This document shows, one piece after another, positions 40,507-55,499 of a stretch of 64,000 nt of DNA. Below the pieces are notes generated by a model. The model made no database searches. It had not been told where the DNA came from and worked only from the letters and a program-made list of their open reading frames with translations. Where the stretch lies: the NCBI GenBank assembly GCA_028534125.1, contig CM052816.1, forward strand, positions 49,788,001 to 49,852,000, written 5' to 3'. The stretch comes from Lama glama. Lineage: Eukaryota. How positions within the stretch are numbered: position 1 is the first letter of the stretch; every line of letters begins with the position of its first letter. A program made the translations under genes and the position numbers.

Positions 40507-41547
40507 GCTTCAGCTCCAAGTTTCCCCTCTGCTACCTCATCATCCATTTCCAGGATTATCTTCTCCCACTTCCTAACACTGTCTCCTCCTCAGGACTGTT
40601 TTGTCTGAGAAGACACATGGCTGAATGCTTAAATCACTGCTGTGCTCAGACATACAGCTCTGTACTAAGTCATTTCTGACCAAGATCGGGTAAAATTTTC
40701 TTAGACGGGGCGTGAGGAAGAGGTTCCTAACGTGGGGTGGGAATTCTCAGATGCCAACTTCTCTACCATGTCATGTCACTAAAAGGGGTCAAAATCACAC
40801 CAGAGATTATTCTGATAAAATGAAAAATGCCTGGTGTGATTTAGGAAATTCTGAGAGTTAAGCATTGAGCTTCAATAAGAGAAGCAGGCTGTTCTGTACT
40901 TTTATAGAAAAGGGGAAGGACATTTCTACATTTCTGATGTTTTCTGAAAAAAGGAAAAACATTAGATGGCCTTGCTCTCTGACTACTGGTAATATCTCCT
41001 GGAGATATCTTCGAAAAGCAGATGACTTTTTTTCAATTCTGTTTTTTTTTCTGTAGGAATATATCTTAGAGCAGTCAAAACCTGAGTGCTGGAAAGCAGA
41101 TAGTTTAAATATATAGCCACAGCTTAGAATGGCATATTTTATGTTTCATAAATCTTTATAGGTAATCATCCTAGGTGATGTATTTCCTAGGATATTCTTG
41201 TTACTTAAGGAGACTTTCATCATAAAAGAAGTTAAATATGGTGGTGTGTCCTACCTACTGACTTTTAGAGTGAGCATTCTAAATGTCAGCCAGTTGAGGG
41301 GAAGGAAGGTAGCAGTCGACAGAGTTGAAAACTTTTGCTTTGATTTTTCTCTGGGTCTTTTTCCAGGGTCGAGACCTATTAACAAGTCATATGAATTTCT
41401 CAGTGGAGTTCTTCTGGCTCTAAGAGGCTGCCAGGTCTCCAGCTACTTGGTGACAAAGTTATGGTAGAAAACCACAGAAGGGATGGAGGTAGAATTTAGT
41501 CCCCAGTCCCCTCTCTCCATCATTTGACTGGGTTGAATCTTAGCAAT

Positions 41548-42864
41548 ATTTTTTCTGTTACAGTTTGTTATAAGATACTGAGTATAGTTCCCTGTGCTAT
41601 ACAGAAGGACTGTGTTGTTTATCTATTTGATATGTGGTGGTGTGTATCTGCTAATCCCAAACTCCTAATCTATCCCTTCTTCCCCCCACTCCTACTCCTT
41701 CCCACTTTGGTAACCATAAGTTTCTTTCCTGTGTCTGTGAGTCTGTCTCTGTTTTATAAATAAGTTCATTTATATCATTTTTTAGATTCTACATATAAGT
41801 GATATCACATGATATTTGACTTTGTCTGACTTAGTATGATAATCTGTACATCCATCCATGTTGCTGCAAGTGATGTGGTTTCCTTCTTTCTTTATGGCTG
41901 AGTAATATTCCGTTACATATACATAAAATATATATATTCATATCTTCTTTATCCAGTCATCTGTCAATGGACACTTAGGTTGTTTTCATGTCCTGGTTAT
42001 TGTAAATAGTGCTGCTGTGAATATTGGGGTACATGTGCCTTTTTGAATTAGAACTCCCTCCAAAAATATGCCCAGGAGTGGGATTGTTGGATCATATCTT
42101 AACTCTTTTTTTTAGTTTTTTAAAGAACTTCCATTCTGTTCTCCACAGTGGCTGCACCAATTTACATTCCCACCAACAGTGTGGAAGGGTTCTCTTTTCT
42201 CCACACCCTCTCTAGCATTTATTATTTGTAGACTTTGTAATGATGGCCATTCTCTTTTTTTTTTAATGTTCATTGAAGTATAATTGATTTACCATGTTGT
42301 GTTAGTTACTGGTGTACAGCAAAATGATTCTGTTTTATATATATATTCTTTTCCATTATGGTTCCATTATTTATTACAGGATAATGAATATAGTTCCCTG
42401 TGCTATACAGTAGGACTTTGTTGTTTATGTATTTTATATATAGTAGTTTGTATCTGCTAATCCTGGAATCCTAATTCATCCTCCCCACCCCCTTACCCCC
42501 TTTGGTAACCATGTTTTCTATGGATGGCCATTCTGGCTAGAGTGAGGTGATACCTCATTGTAGTTTTGATCTGCATTTGTCTAATAATTAGTGATATTGA
42601 GCATTTGTTCAGGTGCCTGTTGGCCATCTGGATGTCGTCTTTGGAGAAATTTCTATTTAGGTCTTCTGCCCATTTTTTGATTGGGTTGTTGGGTTTTTTT
42701 GGTTATTGAGTTGTATGAGCTGTTTGTATATTTTGGAAATTAATCCCTTATCGGTTGCATCATTTGCAAATATTTTCTCCTATTTTGTAGGTTGTCTGTT
42801 TGTTTTGTTTGTGGTTTCCTTTGCTGTACAAAACCTTACAAGTTTGATTAGGTCCTATGTATTT
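41548..42864 (-). mobile_element. 5'-truncated L1 hosting a nested L1
   Basis: L1 3' UTR/ORF2-end sequence; TSD-like tcttagcaat at 41538-41547 and 42865-42874. Confidence 0.88.
42254..42522 (-). mobile_element. Nested L1 3' end inside the 41548-42864 L1
   Basis: Poly(T) plus L1 terminus, flanked by the 12-bp TSD gatggccattct (42242-42253 / 42523-42534). Confidence 0.9.
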
Positions 42865-44429
42865 TCTTAGCAATTCTTTAGCTGAACTTGTCACTGTCAC
42901 AGTGCACCAGGGAATCACAAGATAATCTCTGCCTGCTTTCCAGTAATACAGAGGTTGATGTTACTGTAGATCATTGTATCCCTTACTCTCCTGCCAATTT
43001 GGGTCATCCGCACCCTTCTAGGAGAGTCCAGAAGTTCAAAAGTTTACAGAAATACTCCCAAAGGTATGTCATTTCATCCTCTTTCCCAACATTTGCAACC
43101 CCCAGAGTACCCAAGAGTGAATTTTAGAAAGATATCACAGCTCTTTTTCCCAAGCAAGAATTAAGTATCAGTCAACCAGCTTTCATGTCAATTATAGGAC
43201 AATGAAAAAGACTGTGTGACAATTTGAAAAGCAATTTAAAGGGTAGGGGGAAAAAGGCAACATTTCTGCATTTGAGGCCAGCTGTTATTAGAATCTCACA
43301 TGGGTGTATTTTGAAAAAAAAAACTCACAAAAAGAACGATAGAGGGCAAATAATGCAACAAGAATTCCAAGTGAACATAAAATTTGCAGTTTAGTGAAAT
43401 TTTCTTGGAATATATCAGAGATCTACATACAGTAGGAGCATGAAGCAAAGCCAGATCAGTTCAGTGAAATGTAGCATTCCCTGAAACCAAAGACCTACCT
43501 GGAAGTTAATTACAAAAGACAGCAGACTTAAGAGCCACAAGAAATCCCCTGAGAGCAACACTGCTGGTGAAAATCATTTTCTCAGAGAATCCATATATTC
43601 ATTTTAATGGTTTAAAATGATTCATGCACTGGTGGAAGAAAGACATGGAACTTGTTCCCATGTTTTTCTTTTCACTTCCACAATCAAACAAAAATGCTCT
43701 GTAATTGGACCTTCAAAGTTAAATCTTTGGATAGGCAGTCTGAAAGCCTCAGATAATTTCATCAAGGGGTTTCGGAAACAAAGAAATCTCTGAAGGCTCC
43801 GGGTCCAGATTTTTAAAAGGGCTTATGGAATAAAACAGCATTTTGAAAGAAACAGATAAAAATTGGTATCCAATATGAAATGCGGTACAGAATTATTTAT
43901 ATATGTCACCATGTTCTGTAGCTTTCAGCAAAGCTGACTGTAGTTTCTTAAGAGATTTCAAATTAATCCCCCATAGAAGGCCCAAGTAATATTCCCCAAA
44001 GGTTCTATAAACCTTTGTAGAAATGATATTAAAGAAATAAAGAAGAATAAAAATATTGAATTGTTAAGTCAGTGAAATATTAAATAGAACAAGTAACATT
44101 AGTTGTTGCTATATTTAAGTTTATGTCCATGAGAATAACTATCCAGAAATTAAGAAGAGTGAGTAAAATAGAGAGTAGAGCCTAAGAGCAGAGGATTTAG
44201 CACTTGTCTCAAGGGTCACAATAAATACAGTTTAATAGCTTGTTGTGTCAGGACTTAGTCAAAGAATCAGAAAAAGAAAGTTCACAATTAATTTTGAAGC
44301 CTGAACATCTGTCCCAGGCCTGGCATATAAGGTCGAGGAAGTTTTAGACATAATCCTTCCAGACAACTGAGGTCCTTTTTAGACAGTGAGTGTTACAAAT
44401 ATCAAAACTGCTGTGGAGCCTATAACCTT

Positions 44430-45020
44430 CCAATACCAAATACTCAGTGCAGAACTGGGAATTCCCAAATCTACCCTCACTTCTGATGCCAATTGAGAGT
44501 GCTGAGGTCCAAGACTCTGGTTTGATAATTCACTAGAAAGACTCACAGAATTCATTTAAATCTACTTTATTCACAGTTACAGCTTATGACAGTGAAGAGA
44601 TACAAATAAAAAGCAGCCAAGGGAAGAGGCATATGGGGCAGAGTCTAGGAGATTCTAAACACAGGCTCTCCCTTGGTGGAGCCTTGGATAGTGATAACTC
44701 CTCTCAGTGATGATGTGTTCCAACTGGGGAAGCTCATCTCAGCCTTGATGTTCAGAGTATTTGTTGAGGCTTAGACATGGAGACATGGTTGAGCACCTGC
44801 ATGGCTGACCTTAGTCTCCTGCCCCTCCAGTGGTCAAGGTGGCCCAAAGCCCCACCATACATCACACTGTTATCACGGATTATCTTACCACAGCCCCCAG
44901 ATAAACAGAGATACTCTAATCATGTAGGATATTACAAGGTTTAGAGATTACCTCCCAGGAGCTGAGGGCAAAGATTAGAACACCTCACCCCAGCCCTTTG
45001 GATAATCTTCCACGGCACAC
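44430..45020. mobile_element. MER21/MER77-like ERVL LTR
   Basis: accctcacttctgatgccaa...ggtttgataattcactagaaagactcacagaa...cagccaagggaagaggcatatggggcagagtctagg. Confidence 0.65.
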
Positions 45021-46399
45021 TCATATTAAAAAAGTTGTACATATGAACTCTACGCTCCTTACTGGAATGACGTGTCTGCAAACACTGTGACTATATTAGC
45101 CCAACACATCCTAAACCATACAGAAATGTTCTGCTGACGAATTATTTTGGTTGGCTATGGCCTTACTTCATCTGCACTTTTGGAAGGCAACAGTTTTATT
45201 CAAGATGCTTTGGGTTAGAAGACAGCTTCCTGTTCTTCTCTGCTGATGAGAATTTTTCCTGCAGCATTGTTGGGATGTCCAATAGTGAGGACTCATCCCC
45301 CAGCTTATTCTTCTCTAGACTACTAATCAATGTAGATTCTTGTTAACACATCTACTACCTCCAACAAGAACCTTTTTTCCTCTTTGTACTTCTTAGAATG
45401 TGATTCTCAATTTGCACAATTTTCCAAGGAACATTTCCTAGAATTTACCTGGAAACTGGTTCTTGTTTCCTTATTACAGCTGGAAGAATGTACTTATATT
45501 TAGGCTAATTTTGTTACAGGGTTTCATTGGTTTAGTGGAATTGATTGCAGAGAAAACCATCAAGAATGATATACCAGCCATTCAATCATGAAATGGTTTC
45601 AGGGTACTGGTATGTTTTCCTAGAAAATTGAATTCTCTGAATAATAGCTAGAGTCTATGTCGGATAAATGAATCAGACTTTGGTTTCAAATTTTTTATAT
45701 CCAATCACTAACAGAAGTTTCACAAAACATGCAGAACTTCCAATAAGATTTTTTTAAACATGATGTAGATTTATACCACTCACTGAAACTTTCAGAAAAC
45801 AATTTTCTACACATTTTAACACAGTAATTTTTATTTTACTTTTTTAAATGAAAAGTTTGGAATTTTGCAATGTTCCAATATAAGGCAAAGTAGGACATAA
45901 ATTGTTGCTCAGCCTAAAGCATATGAATAATGTGGCCAAAGAATCAGAAACAACTGAAGTGTCTCATGTACAATATTCATATGGATAAATATTATGTTTA
46001 ACATCATTTGTGCATACTAATTCTGTGAAATTTTTCATAAGGCTTTAAATCACTTAAAGCATTGATTCAAGTTGTAACTCTAAAATGTTCAACAGTCCAG
46101 AAAATTCAAATAATGTTGATACTAAGTATATAAAAATGAGTTTTATGATGCTGAATCATAAATTAGTAAGTATAAGTCCTTTATGTCACCCACAAAAATC
46201 AGATTTTATACTCACATAATATGTAAATGCTTACTTTATGAAATAGATACTTAATCTATAACTACTAAGTTTCCACTATTTAAAAAAATGGACCATTATT
46301 TTAACTAGAAATTGCTAATTTTAAAATGTCATGAATTCAATGAAAAACTGGGATGAATATAAATTTCTACATGCACTATAAACCCATTTTACAAGCACA

Positions 46400-46960
46400 A
46401 AATTGGGGAAGTCCTGGCTTAAGAGAAATTTTATGGAAAAGCTCAGTTTATTCAACCATAAATCAATCAATCATGACCCAAAATGTAATATAAAAGTTTT
46501 AAATCTTAGCCTGCCTTGATAGAAGCATTGTATCCACAGCAAAGCTGCACTCAGTTTTTGAGCCATTGGCATAACAACTCCATACTATGTACAAGCAAAT
46601 ACCACTTTTTCATAGAATCACAGTTAAAGCAGAAGGTATCTAATGGAATGCAATCAAGATAAGTCTGAAAATCATCTAACATAGGGAACTTTTTAAGGAA
46701 CCATAAATGTTCAGCCTAAAGCAGTGGATTTGAGTGTGAAAGGTTTGTGTTAGTTATTGTTAAATATGTCTAAAGTGCTTTTCTTTTAACACCTAGAATT
46801 CTATGTGTGTTGAGAATAAAGCTGTAAGATTGATACATGGATGTTAGAAAGAGGCATATTTCAGCCTAATAAGAAGGCAGGGTTTCCAAGTGTCTAAATA
46901 CATACCGCTTTATTATATTGAGACTTGTCATGGATGGGCTGAAAGTTCCATGTCAGAAAT
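46400..46960 (+). mobile_element. CR1/L3 LINE remnant
   Basis: atcttagcctgccttgatagaagcattgtatcca...aaggaaccataaatgttcagcctaaag...gaggcatatttcagcctaataagaagg. Confidence 0.5.
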
Positions 46961-49859
46961 GCTGGGGAAGATGGCACTAGCCAGATCTGTCTTCTCTTTT
47001 AGGTCTCAGATCTGTTCACTCTATCAGTAGAATTAGATAAAAACAGGGTTTCTCAGGGATCAGAGCTGCAAAACACTGTTCTTTTCTAACTTCTTTATAA
47101 GCACTCTGAATGAAAGGGTAGATACTCAAAATTATGTATGCTAAGTAAAGAATTCTTAGCTTTTGCACACCTCTCAGCCCCACTCACAGTCTGCCTAGGA
47201 AAAAGGGTTTTTATCTTTGTCCTTCCCTTAAGGACATTAGATCAGTGTACAGATCTAGTCAATAAAGCCAACGCTGTGGTTGACACTATTAACAAGGCAA
47301 ATGTAAACAACAGAAAACTTGAGAAAGCTTGATTCAATCCTTTCATTTCCACAATATCTAGAATCTACATATCAGAAGAGAAATAATGAAATCTAGAAGG
47401 AGATGACTAAGAGGCCACAGGGATAAAGTGATGGTCACCTGAGACCTTGCTAAAATACTGACTTGTCAGCCCTGTGAAGAGCTCACGGAGGCTATATAAA
47501 AATGCTTAATACCGCTTGCTATTTGGATGATGTGAACATAAATTCCAAAAGGTTAGAACAGTGTGAATCTCTTTAAAACTTTTAATAAGTTAAGTTAAAG
47601 ACAAATAAAAAGCACATTTTTACAAACCTCGATGACTTAGTAAATAAATAATATGTGCAAGAAATCCCCAAAGGATTTCTTGGTGTTTGTGAAAGACAGA
47701 GTCACAGTGCTAAGAGACACTGAGATGCTCCCCAGCTCTGTGACTGAGCCATGGAGGACAGTCTTGCCTGCCTCCAGCTTGCCTGCCTCCAGCTGATACC
47801 ATCTCCTCTGGCCTGAGTAGACCATCGTCCCTACTGAAGGATGACACATCTCATCTTACCAAGAAATGTTGCTCCCGGCAACTTTTGATGGTTCTATTTT
47901 GTTGGACGGTCTCTGTGTTGAGATTTGAATCCTCACCAGAATCTGACTTGAATTTCAGCTAATATCACAAGAGAGCGGATACAAGAAAATCAGATCCAAG
48001 ATCTCAGTCACATTGACACAGCTGCATTTTTCTCTCTCTTACCTTCTCCTAGGTTGTAATTGTAGAAGCCTCTCCTCTCCAAGGTCCCTTGAGTACCTTT
48101 TTCTCCTGGCCCTGTATGTTGGGAAAAACCTGAAAGACCTCTAAGCATTATCATGTTTGAATATCTCAGCAAAACTGTCATCAGCTAAGCAGCTAAGCTT
48201 CCTCCTAAAACTGAAATGTGTGCATACTCTTTCTAAAAGCTTCTAAATCAACTTCTCTTTGTCAGGTACAGTGTTTCCCTTTTTCTATATGGGGATTTAA
48301 TGTTCTCCATCCGTCTCTTCAGACTTCGATTTCAATCAAGGTGCTTGTATCTCTAAAGTGTGTATGTGAAAGCACTTTTCTAGAATTCTTACAGGTTTTA
48401 TAAAGTTAACTGAAAATACCAAGTCTGCATCCCTTTGCCAGGTAAAGCCTTGACATTAGCATTCTTCAGCAGGATCCTCTTGGTGCTGGAGACAAGAATC
48501 CAGCACATGTGCCACATGTTCGCACAGCAAGTACAAGGTGTCATGCTGGAATTTGCAAATGTGTGCCTTGTGTGCTGTCTGGGTCATTACTGAGAGACCT
48601 GTGGGGAAAAAAGTATATTTTCAGTATTTTTAGATCTTGGTTTGTTTGTTTGATTCCCTTACAGACTTAAGCTGTTTTCTTTATTCTGTTTTATGAAACT
48701 TCATTTAATTTTGTTGATGAACATTCAAATATCTATGACTTTCACATATTAAATCAGATGTCATAGCTGTATGCAATTTCAGAGCTGCTATAGTTTCTCT
48801 ATATGTATTCTCCATTATGAATAAAGCAGTAAGTATAAGTAATAATTCAACTGCTTTGTGGGTTGACAGTTCCATATTGAAACTTGTGCCGAAAACAAGC
48901 TACTTAAAAGAAAATTGTTTCTTCCTGTATTTCCTTCCCAGGAAGTGGTATAGCATTGTATTTGGATGGTTGCAAATCTTGTGATGAAAGTTAGTAAATT
49001 TAAACTCTATTATTCCAGAGATATACTTTTAACGTTCTGTAGCAGGGTTATGAAATTGGATTTTAGATTCTCTATTAAACTGTAACACCACAGTCGCAGT
49101 GAAGCACTTGAATCCAAATTGTATGTTAGAGAGAATGTCAGGAAACCACAGAATATACTCTTCTTATTTTCTGTTGTTACAGTAACATTTCTCAAGATTT
49201 TTGGTGAGTGTGTACGTGGTATATCCTATACATGTGAGCTTTTGCTAACAGAGACACTGTTATTTAGTAACAATTTTCAATCCAGAATTAAATCCTCTTT
49301 GGTCATTGCAGGCTAGAGCATTGCTGAGGATAAAATTTGTATTAAATCAATGTGGATTCAGATATGCCAGGATGATGAATTCTAGACTTGGCACAGTTCA
49401 GTATTCCTTTCTTCAGCAAATATTTATTCAAAAACAGCCTTGAGATATATTTTGTGTCAAAGTGAAAAATTATTTCCCCACAAGATTGGGACGGCACTTT
49501 GCCTTCACCTTCAATGGCACATAATCTTTCCATGGAACCAACGGAAAGATTACCTCATCTTGCCTGTTGCTTCCATTAATCAGTGTCACACACTGTCTAA
49601 TGCTTTAGAGAAGAGTATCTTGATTTTTCTCTTTCCAGGGGACCTTTTGTGATCATGTGAGACTGAACCACTTATTCCAGAAGGCCATTTTTAAAACATT
49701 TCCATTAATTTCAGAACGTTCAAAGATAGGGTTAAATATTCTGTCATGTGATAATAGAGTTTCTTTTTTTTTTTTTTTTACCCCTTTGAAGAATTTTATT
49801 TTCAGGTCTCTCTTTGACCATGTAGTCACATTTTGATCTCACACGAGTAAAAAATTATC

Positions 49860-50097
49860 CTCCAATTTTAAGATACCTCATAAAGCTGAAAGGCAAAACC
49901 CTGAAGAGATTTTCACTATCCTAGTTGAACTGCAACAAAAATGGTAATGTAAAATAGTTAGAAATGACTTAATAATAAATGTTCAGAATCTATAGGTTAA
50001 AAATGGTAAAATCTTCAAGACTAAATATTATAAATATATTAGTTACTCCCAAAGTAATTTATAATTTATTGCCACTCTTATCAGGACTCCACTGTTT
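49860..50097 (+). mobile_element. Old L1M ORF2 fragment (left part; resumes at ~55510-55720)
   Basis: aagactaaatattataaatatattagttactcccaaagtaatttataatttatt... continues after the young L1 as ...aactttgaaacaaaagaagaatgagg. Confidence 0.55.
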
Positions 50098-53000
50098 AGT
50101 TTTGTTTTTCTTATATTTTTATTGAAGTATAGTTAGTTTATAAGGTGTCAGTTTCTGGTGTACAGCACAGTGGTTCAGTCATATAGGAACATACATAGAT
50201 TCGTTTTCACAGTTTTTTCCATTATAGGTTACTACAAGATACTGAATATAGTTCCCTGTGCTACACAGCATAAACTTCTTGTTTATCTATTTTATATATA
50301 TTAGTATCTTCAAATCTCCAAGTCCCAGTTTATCCCTTCCCACCTCCTTCGCCGCCCCTGGTAACCGTGAGTTTGTTTTCTATGTCTGTAAGTCTGTTTC
50401 TGTTTTGTAAGTAAGTTCGAATCTTTTTTTTTTTTTTTTTGAAGATTGCACATATGAGTGCTAGCATATGGTAGTTTTCTTTCTCTTTCTGTCTTACTTC
50501 ACTTAGAATGCTGTGCTCCAGGTCCATCCATGTTGATGCAAAGGGCATTATTTTATTGTCTTTTATGGCTGAGTAGTATTCGATTGTATGAATATACCAC
50601 AACTTCTTTATCCAGTCATCCCTCGATGGACATTTGGGTTGTTTCCATGTCTTGGCTATTGTAAACAGTGCTGCTGTGAACATTGGGGTGCATTGTCTTT
50701 TTGAATTAAGGTTCCCGCTGGATTTATGCCTAGGAGTGGGATTGCTAGATCGTATGATAAGTCTATTTTTAGTCTTTTGAGGAATCTCCATACTGTTTTC
50801 CACAATGGCTGCACCAAACTGCATTCTCACCAACAGTGTAGGAGGGTTCCCGTTTTTCCACAGCCTCTCCAGCATTTATCATTTGTGGACTTTTGAATTG
50901 ATGGCCATTCTGATTGGTGTGACGTGATACCTCATTGTACGTAATTTTGATTTTCATTTCTCTGATGATTAGCAATATTGAGCATTTTTTCATGTGCCTA
51001 TTGGCCATTTGTATGTTCTTCACTGGAGAATTCCTTGTTTAGGTCTTCTGCCCATTTTTGGGTTGGGTTGTTTGTTTTTTTCTTAAGTTGTATGAGCTGT
51101 TTATATATTCTGGAAATTAAGCCCTTGTCAGTCTGATCTTAAGCAAAACAGAAAGACAATCTACAGTTTGCTAATGGTTTCCTTTGCTATGCAAAAGCTT
51201 ATAAATTTAATTGGGTCCTATTTGTTTATTTTCGCATTGATTGCTATTGCTTGGGTAGACTGCCCTAGGAAAACATTGCTGAGATTTATGTCAGATAATG
51301 TTTTGCCTACGTTTTCTTCTAAGAGGTTTATCACGTCTTGCCTTGTTTAAGTCTTTTAGCCATTTTGAGTTTATTTTTGTGTATGGTGTGAGCAAGTATT
51401 CTAACTTCATTGATTTACATGCAGCTGTCCAGTTTTCCTGACACCATTTGCTGAAGAGACTGTCTTTACTCCATTGTATGTTCTTGCCTCCTTTGTCAAA
51501 GATTAATTGACCAAAAGTTTGTGGGTTTATTTCTGGACTCTCTATTCTGTTCCATTGATCCGTATATCTGTTTTTGTACCAATACCATTCTGTTTGGGTT
51601 ACTGTAGCCTCTGTAGTATTGTCTGTAGTTTGGGAGGGTTATTCCTCCAGCTTCATACCTTTTCTTCAGTAATGCTTTGGCAATTCTGGGTCTTTTGTGA
51701 TTCCATATAAATTTTAGGACTGTTTGTTCTAGTTCTGTGAAAAATGTCCTGGGTAATTTGATAGGGATTGCATTAAATCTTTAGATTGCTTTTCACCATG
51801 GAGTATTATGCTGGCTGTAGGTTTGTCATAAATACCTTTTATTATGTTGAGCTATGTTCCTTCTGTACCCACTTTGGTAAGAGTTTTTATCATAAATGGG
51901 TGTTGAATTTTATCAAATGCTTTTTCTGCATCTATTGAGATGATCATGTGGTTTTTGTCCCTTCTCTTGTTGATGTGGTGTATCACATTGATAGATTTGC
52001 ATATGTTGAACCATCCTTGTGTCCCTGGGATGAACCCAACTTGATCATGGTGTATGATCTTTTTTATGTGTTGTTGGATTCTGTTTGCTAACATTTTGTT
52101 GAGTATTTTTGCATCTATGTTCATCAACGATATTGGCCTATAGCTTTCTTTTTTGGTGTTGTCTGTGTCTGGCTTTGGTATCAGGGTGATGGTGGCTTCA
52201 TAGAATAAGTTTGGGAGTACTCCCTCCTCTTAAATCTTTGGAAGTGTTTGAGAAGGATTGGTATGAGCTCTTTCTATGATAGCCTGGACTTCTGTTTGCA
52301 GGGAGAATTTTTATGGCTGATCCTATTTCACTTCTAGTGATTGGTCTCTTCAAGTTGTTCATAGTTTTCTCTCACGATTTTTTGTATTTCTGTGGTGATG
52401 GTTGAAATCTCTCTCCATTTTCATTTCTTATTTTGTTTGTGTCCTCTCTCTTTTCTTCTTGGTGAGCCTGGCCAGAGTTTTGTCAACTTTGTTTACTCTT
52501 TTGAAAGAAACAGCTCTTGGTTTGATTGGTTTTTTTCCATTGTTTTTTTAATCTCTATTTTATTTCTTCCCTTCTGCTGAATTTAGGTTTTGTTTGTTCT
52601 TTTAGGTGGTAGGGTAGGTTGTTTGAGATTGTTCTTTTTGAGAAAGGCCTGTACTGCTATGACCTTCCTTCTCAGGACTGCTTTTGCTCCAGCCTACAGA
52701 TTTTGTGTGGTAATGTTTTCATTGTCATTTGTCTTAAGGTATTTTGTAATATCTTCTTTGATGTCATTGTTGACCCATTGGTTTTATAGTAGTATGTTGC
52801 TTAGTCTCCATGCTGGCATTCTTCTCATTTGTTTTTCTAGTTTCATGCTATTGTGGTCAGAGAAGATGCTTGGAATAATTTCTATCCTCTTAAATTTGTT
52901 GAGGCTTCTTTTGTGCCTGAGTATGTGGTCTATCCTAGAGAATATTCCATGAGCACTAGAAAATAATGTATATTCTGGTTTTGGGGGGATGTAATGTCCT

Positions 53001-55499
53001 AAAAATATCAACCAAGTATAACTGTTTTATTGTGTCATTTAGAATCTCCCTTGCCTTACTGATTTTCTGTCTGGAAGACCTGTCCAATGATGTTAGTGGG
53101 GTGTTAAAGTCTCCTACTATTATTGTATTCCCATCAATTTCTCCATTTATATCTGTTGGTATTTGTTTTATATAGATCCTATTATCCTATATTGGGTGCA
53201 CATATGTTAACGAGTATAATATCTTCATCTTGTGTTGCTCCTTTGATCATTATATAGTGTCCTTTTTCTTTATGGCCTTTGTTTTAAAGTCTATTTTGTC
53301 TGATACGAGTATTGCTACTCCCACTTTCAATCTAGTGGGTCTCTTGTAGGTAGCATATTGTAGGCTTTTCATTTATTATTCAATCTGCCACTCTTTTGAT
53401 TGGAGCATTTAGTCCATTGACATTTATAGTAATTATTGATAGATGTGTGTTTATTGCCACTTTGAACTTTGTTGTCAAGTTGATTTGGTGTTTCTTCTTT
53501 GTTCCCTTCTTTTCCTTTTCTTTCTGTCATTTGATAATTTTGTATTAGCTTTGCTTCTTTTTGGGTTTTGTGACTCTAAATGCTTTGTTTTTCCTTGCCT
53601 GTGAAATTCTTTCTCTTGCTTTCTAAAGGATAACCTTGGTAGATAAAGTATCCTAGGCTGCATCTTTTTTTCATTCAGGACTTTGAATATATCTTGCCAC
53701 TCCCTTCTGGCCTGTAGTGTTTGTGTAGAGAAATCAGCTGAGAGCCTTATGGGGGTTCCCTTGTAAACTCACTCTTTGTTTTTCTCTTGCTGTCTTTAGG
53801 ATCATTTCTCTTTAACCTTGGCCATCTTGATTATGTCTTGGTGTAGGTCTATCTGTGTTCTTCTTGTTGGGGACCCTCTGTGCTTCCTATAGTTGGATGG
53901 AAGTTTTCAGTCATGATTTCTTCAAATACCTTTTCAATCCCTTTTGCTGTTTCTTCTCCTTCTGGGACCCATATTATGTATAGGTTGGCACACTTATATT
54001 GCTTTCATTAGTTTTTACTTGCCTTTCTGTCTGCTGTTCTGATTAGGTGACTTCTGTTATTCTGTCATCTAAGTCACTTACTCATTTCTCTGCATTATCT
54101 AGTCTGCTTGACTGCCTTTAGTGCTTTGATCACTCCCTTTTTGAAGTCATGATCTAGTAGACTATTGAGGAGGTTTATTTCATTGATTGTTTTTTTCAAG
54201 GAATTTCTCTTGGTCTTTTTAATTGGGAGTATCAGTTGTCTACTGTGGTCTTGAAGGGCTGTTTTATTTTTTGTTTGTTTTAATTTAAATAGGAGCATTC
54301 TGTACAGATTTTGTGATGGCTGTTCACCATGTCTTTCCTCTGTCTGTATGGGCTATTATCTCTTTAATTGGGGGTGTGGTGATCAGAGCCTGCCCTGATA
54401 GTTGTTGTTGAGCTGGGACTCCTTTTTTGTTCCATGGTTGTCACAGCCTTGACAGGGGTCTGGTCTACTCCCCTGTTGCTGGATTAGAGGCTTCTAGACC
54501 TGTTTCTGAGCTGTGGTGTCTGGTAGGCAGGAGATGTCCACTGGTAAGTGCCCTCTGTGGTGGTGTCTGTTACTCGTTATGTGGGCTTACAAAGCGCTCT
54601 TTGTTGATGCTGCCTTTGTCCTGTCCTTAGCTGTGGGAATGTTGGCCACATGCTCTGGTGTCCACCAGGTTCTGGGGCCCAGGAACCACCAGTGCACATC
54701 CGCCAATGTCAGGTGCTAGGACCCACCATAGGGAGAGTGCAGTCACAGCCTGAATCTGTGGTGCACCACAGGGTTAGCAGACCCCAGCCCCACACCTGCA
54801 TACAGGACATTATGCTGGCCTGTTATTAATTATCCATACTCACCTCTGCCGTGTATCAGAACTCTGCTTACTGCTTGTTTTCCCTAGAGGCGTGGGTCCA
54901 GAGAGCAAATCCACCCGCTCTACCTGGGGCTGTAAACAAATCTCAGTCCCACCTGGCCTGTGAAGTTACAGGGCTGCTGGGTGTGGATTCAGCTTTCAGC
55001 CCTGCCTCCGTGAGGGCTATGCCCAAGCCCCACCTCTCTTCCTGCAAGAAAACACCAACAATGGAGCCAAGTGGAGAAAGCAGCTATGGCAGGGCTGTGT
55101 TGTGCCCGTCCCCACCACACCCCCCAACACTGTTCCTTTTTTATGTGGAGGTCCCAGGCTGTTCTGTTCCACACATGCCCTCCAGTCCCCTGAGACTTCC
55201 TCTGTGCAGTGAGCCCTCTGCTTTGCACAGATCTCCAGCAGCCAGTCCCGGCTTGTTCCTGCTGGCTCGAGTCTAGGGCCAAGGATCGCAGGGACCCTCA
55301 CCCCTGCTGACCTCCCATGCTGTGCCCTCCCTGCAAGACCAGTCCCGCACCGATTTTTTTTTTTTTCTTACTGGATTTTGTGAGAATTCTCCTGTATTTC
55401 AAAGCGAGAAACACTCTGCCGGAGTTCAGTCAGTGTTCTGTGTGATTCAGTGGGTTTGTAGACATAATTCTTGGTATATCGAGGTTCAACCCCCATGGG
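50098..55499 (-). mobile_element. Near-full-length, inactivated L1 (5' UTR, ORF1, ORF2 with internal deletions, 3' UTR)
   Basis: TSD ctccactgttt (50087-50097 / 55500-55510). ORF remnants: 53475..53663 QPRILYLPRLSF (ORF1), 52784..53011 YTLFSSAHGIFSRIDHIL...SDHN (endonuclease), 51852..52127 (RT), 50330..50875 (C-terminus). Confidence 0.95.

Noticed and set aside
47763..47792. 15-bp tandem duplication cttgcctgcctccag x2 (similar small ones at ~12885 and ~15486)
   Set aside because: Routine slippage events.
50330..53663. ORFs with RT/endonuclease similarity as a possible novel retro-system
   Set aside because: Ordinary fragmented L1 ORF1/ORF2 with stops, frameshifts and deletions.
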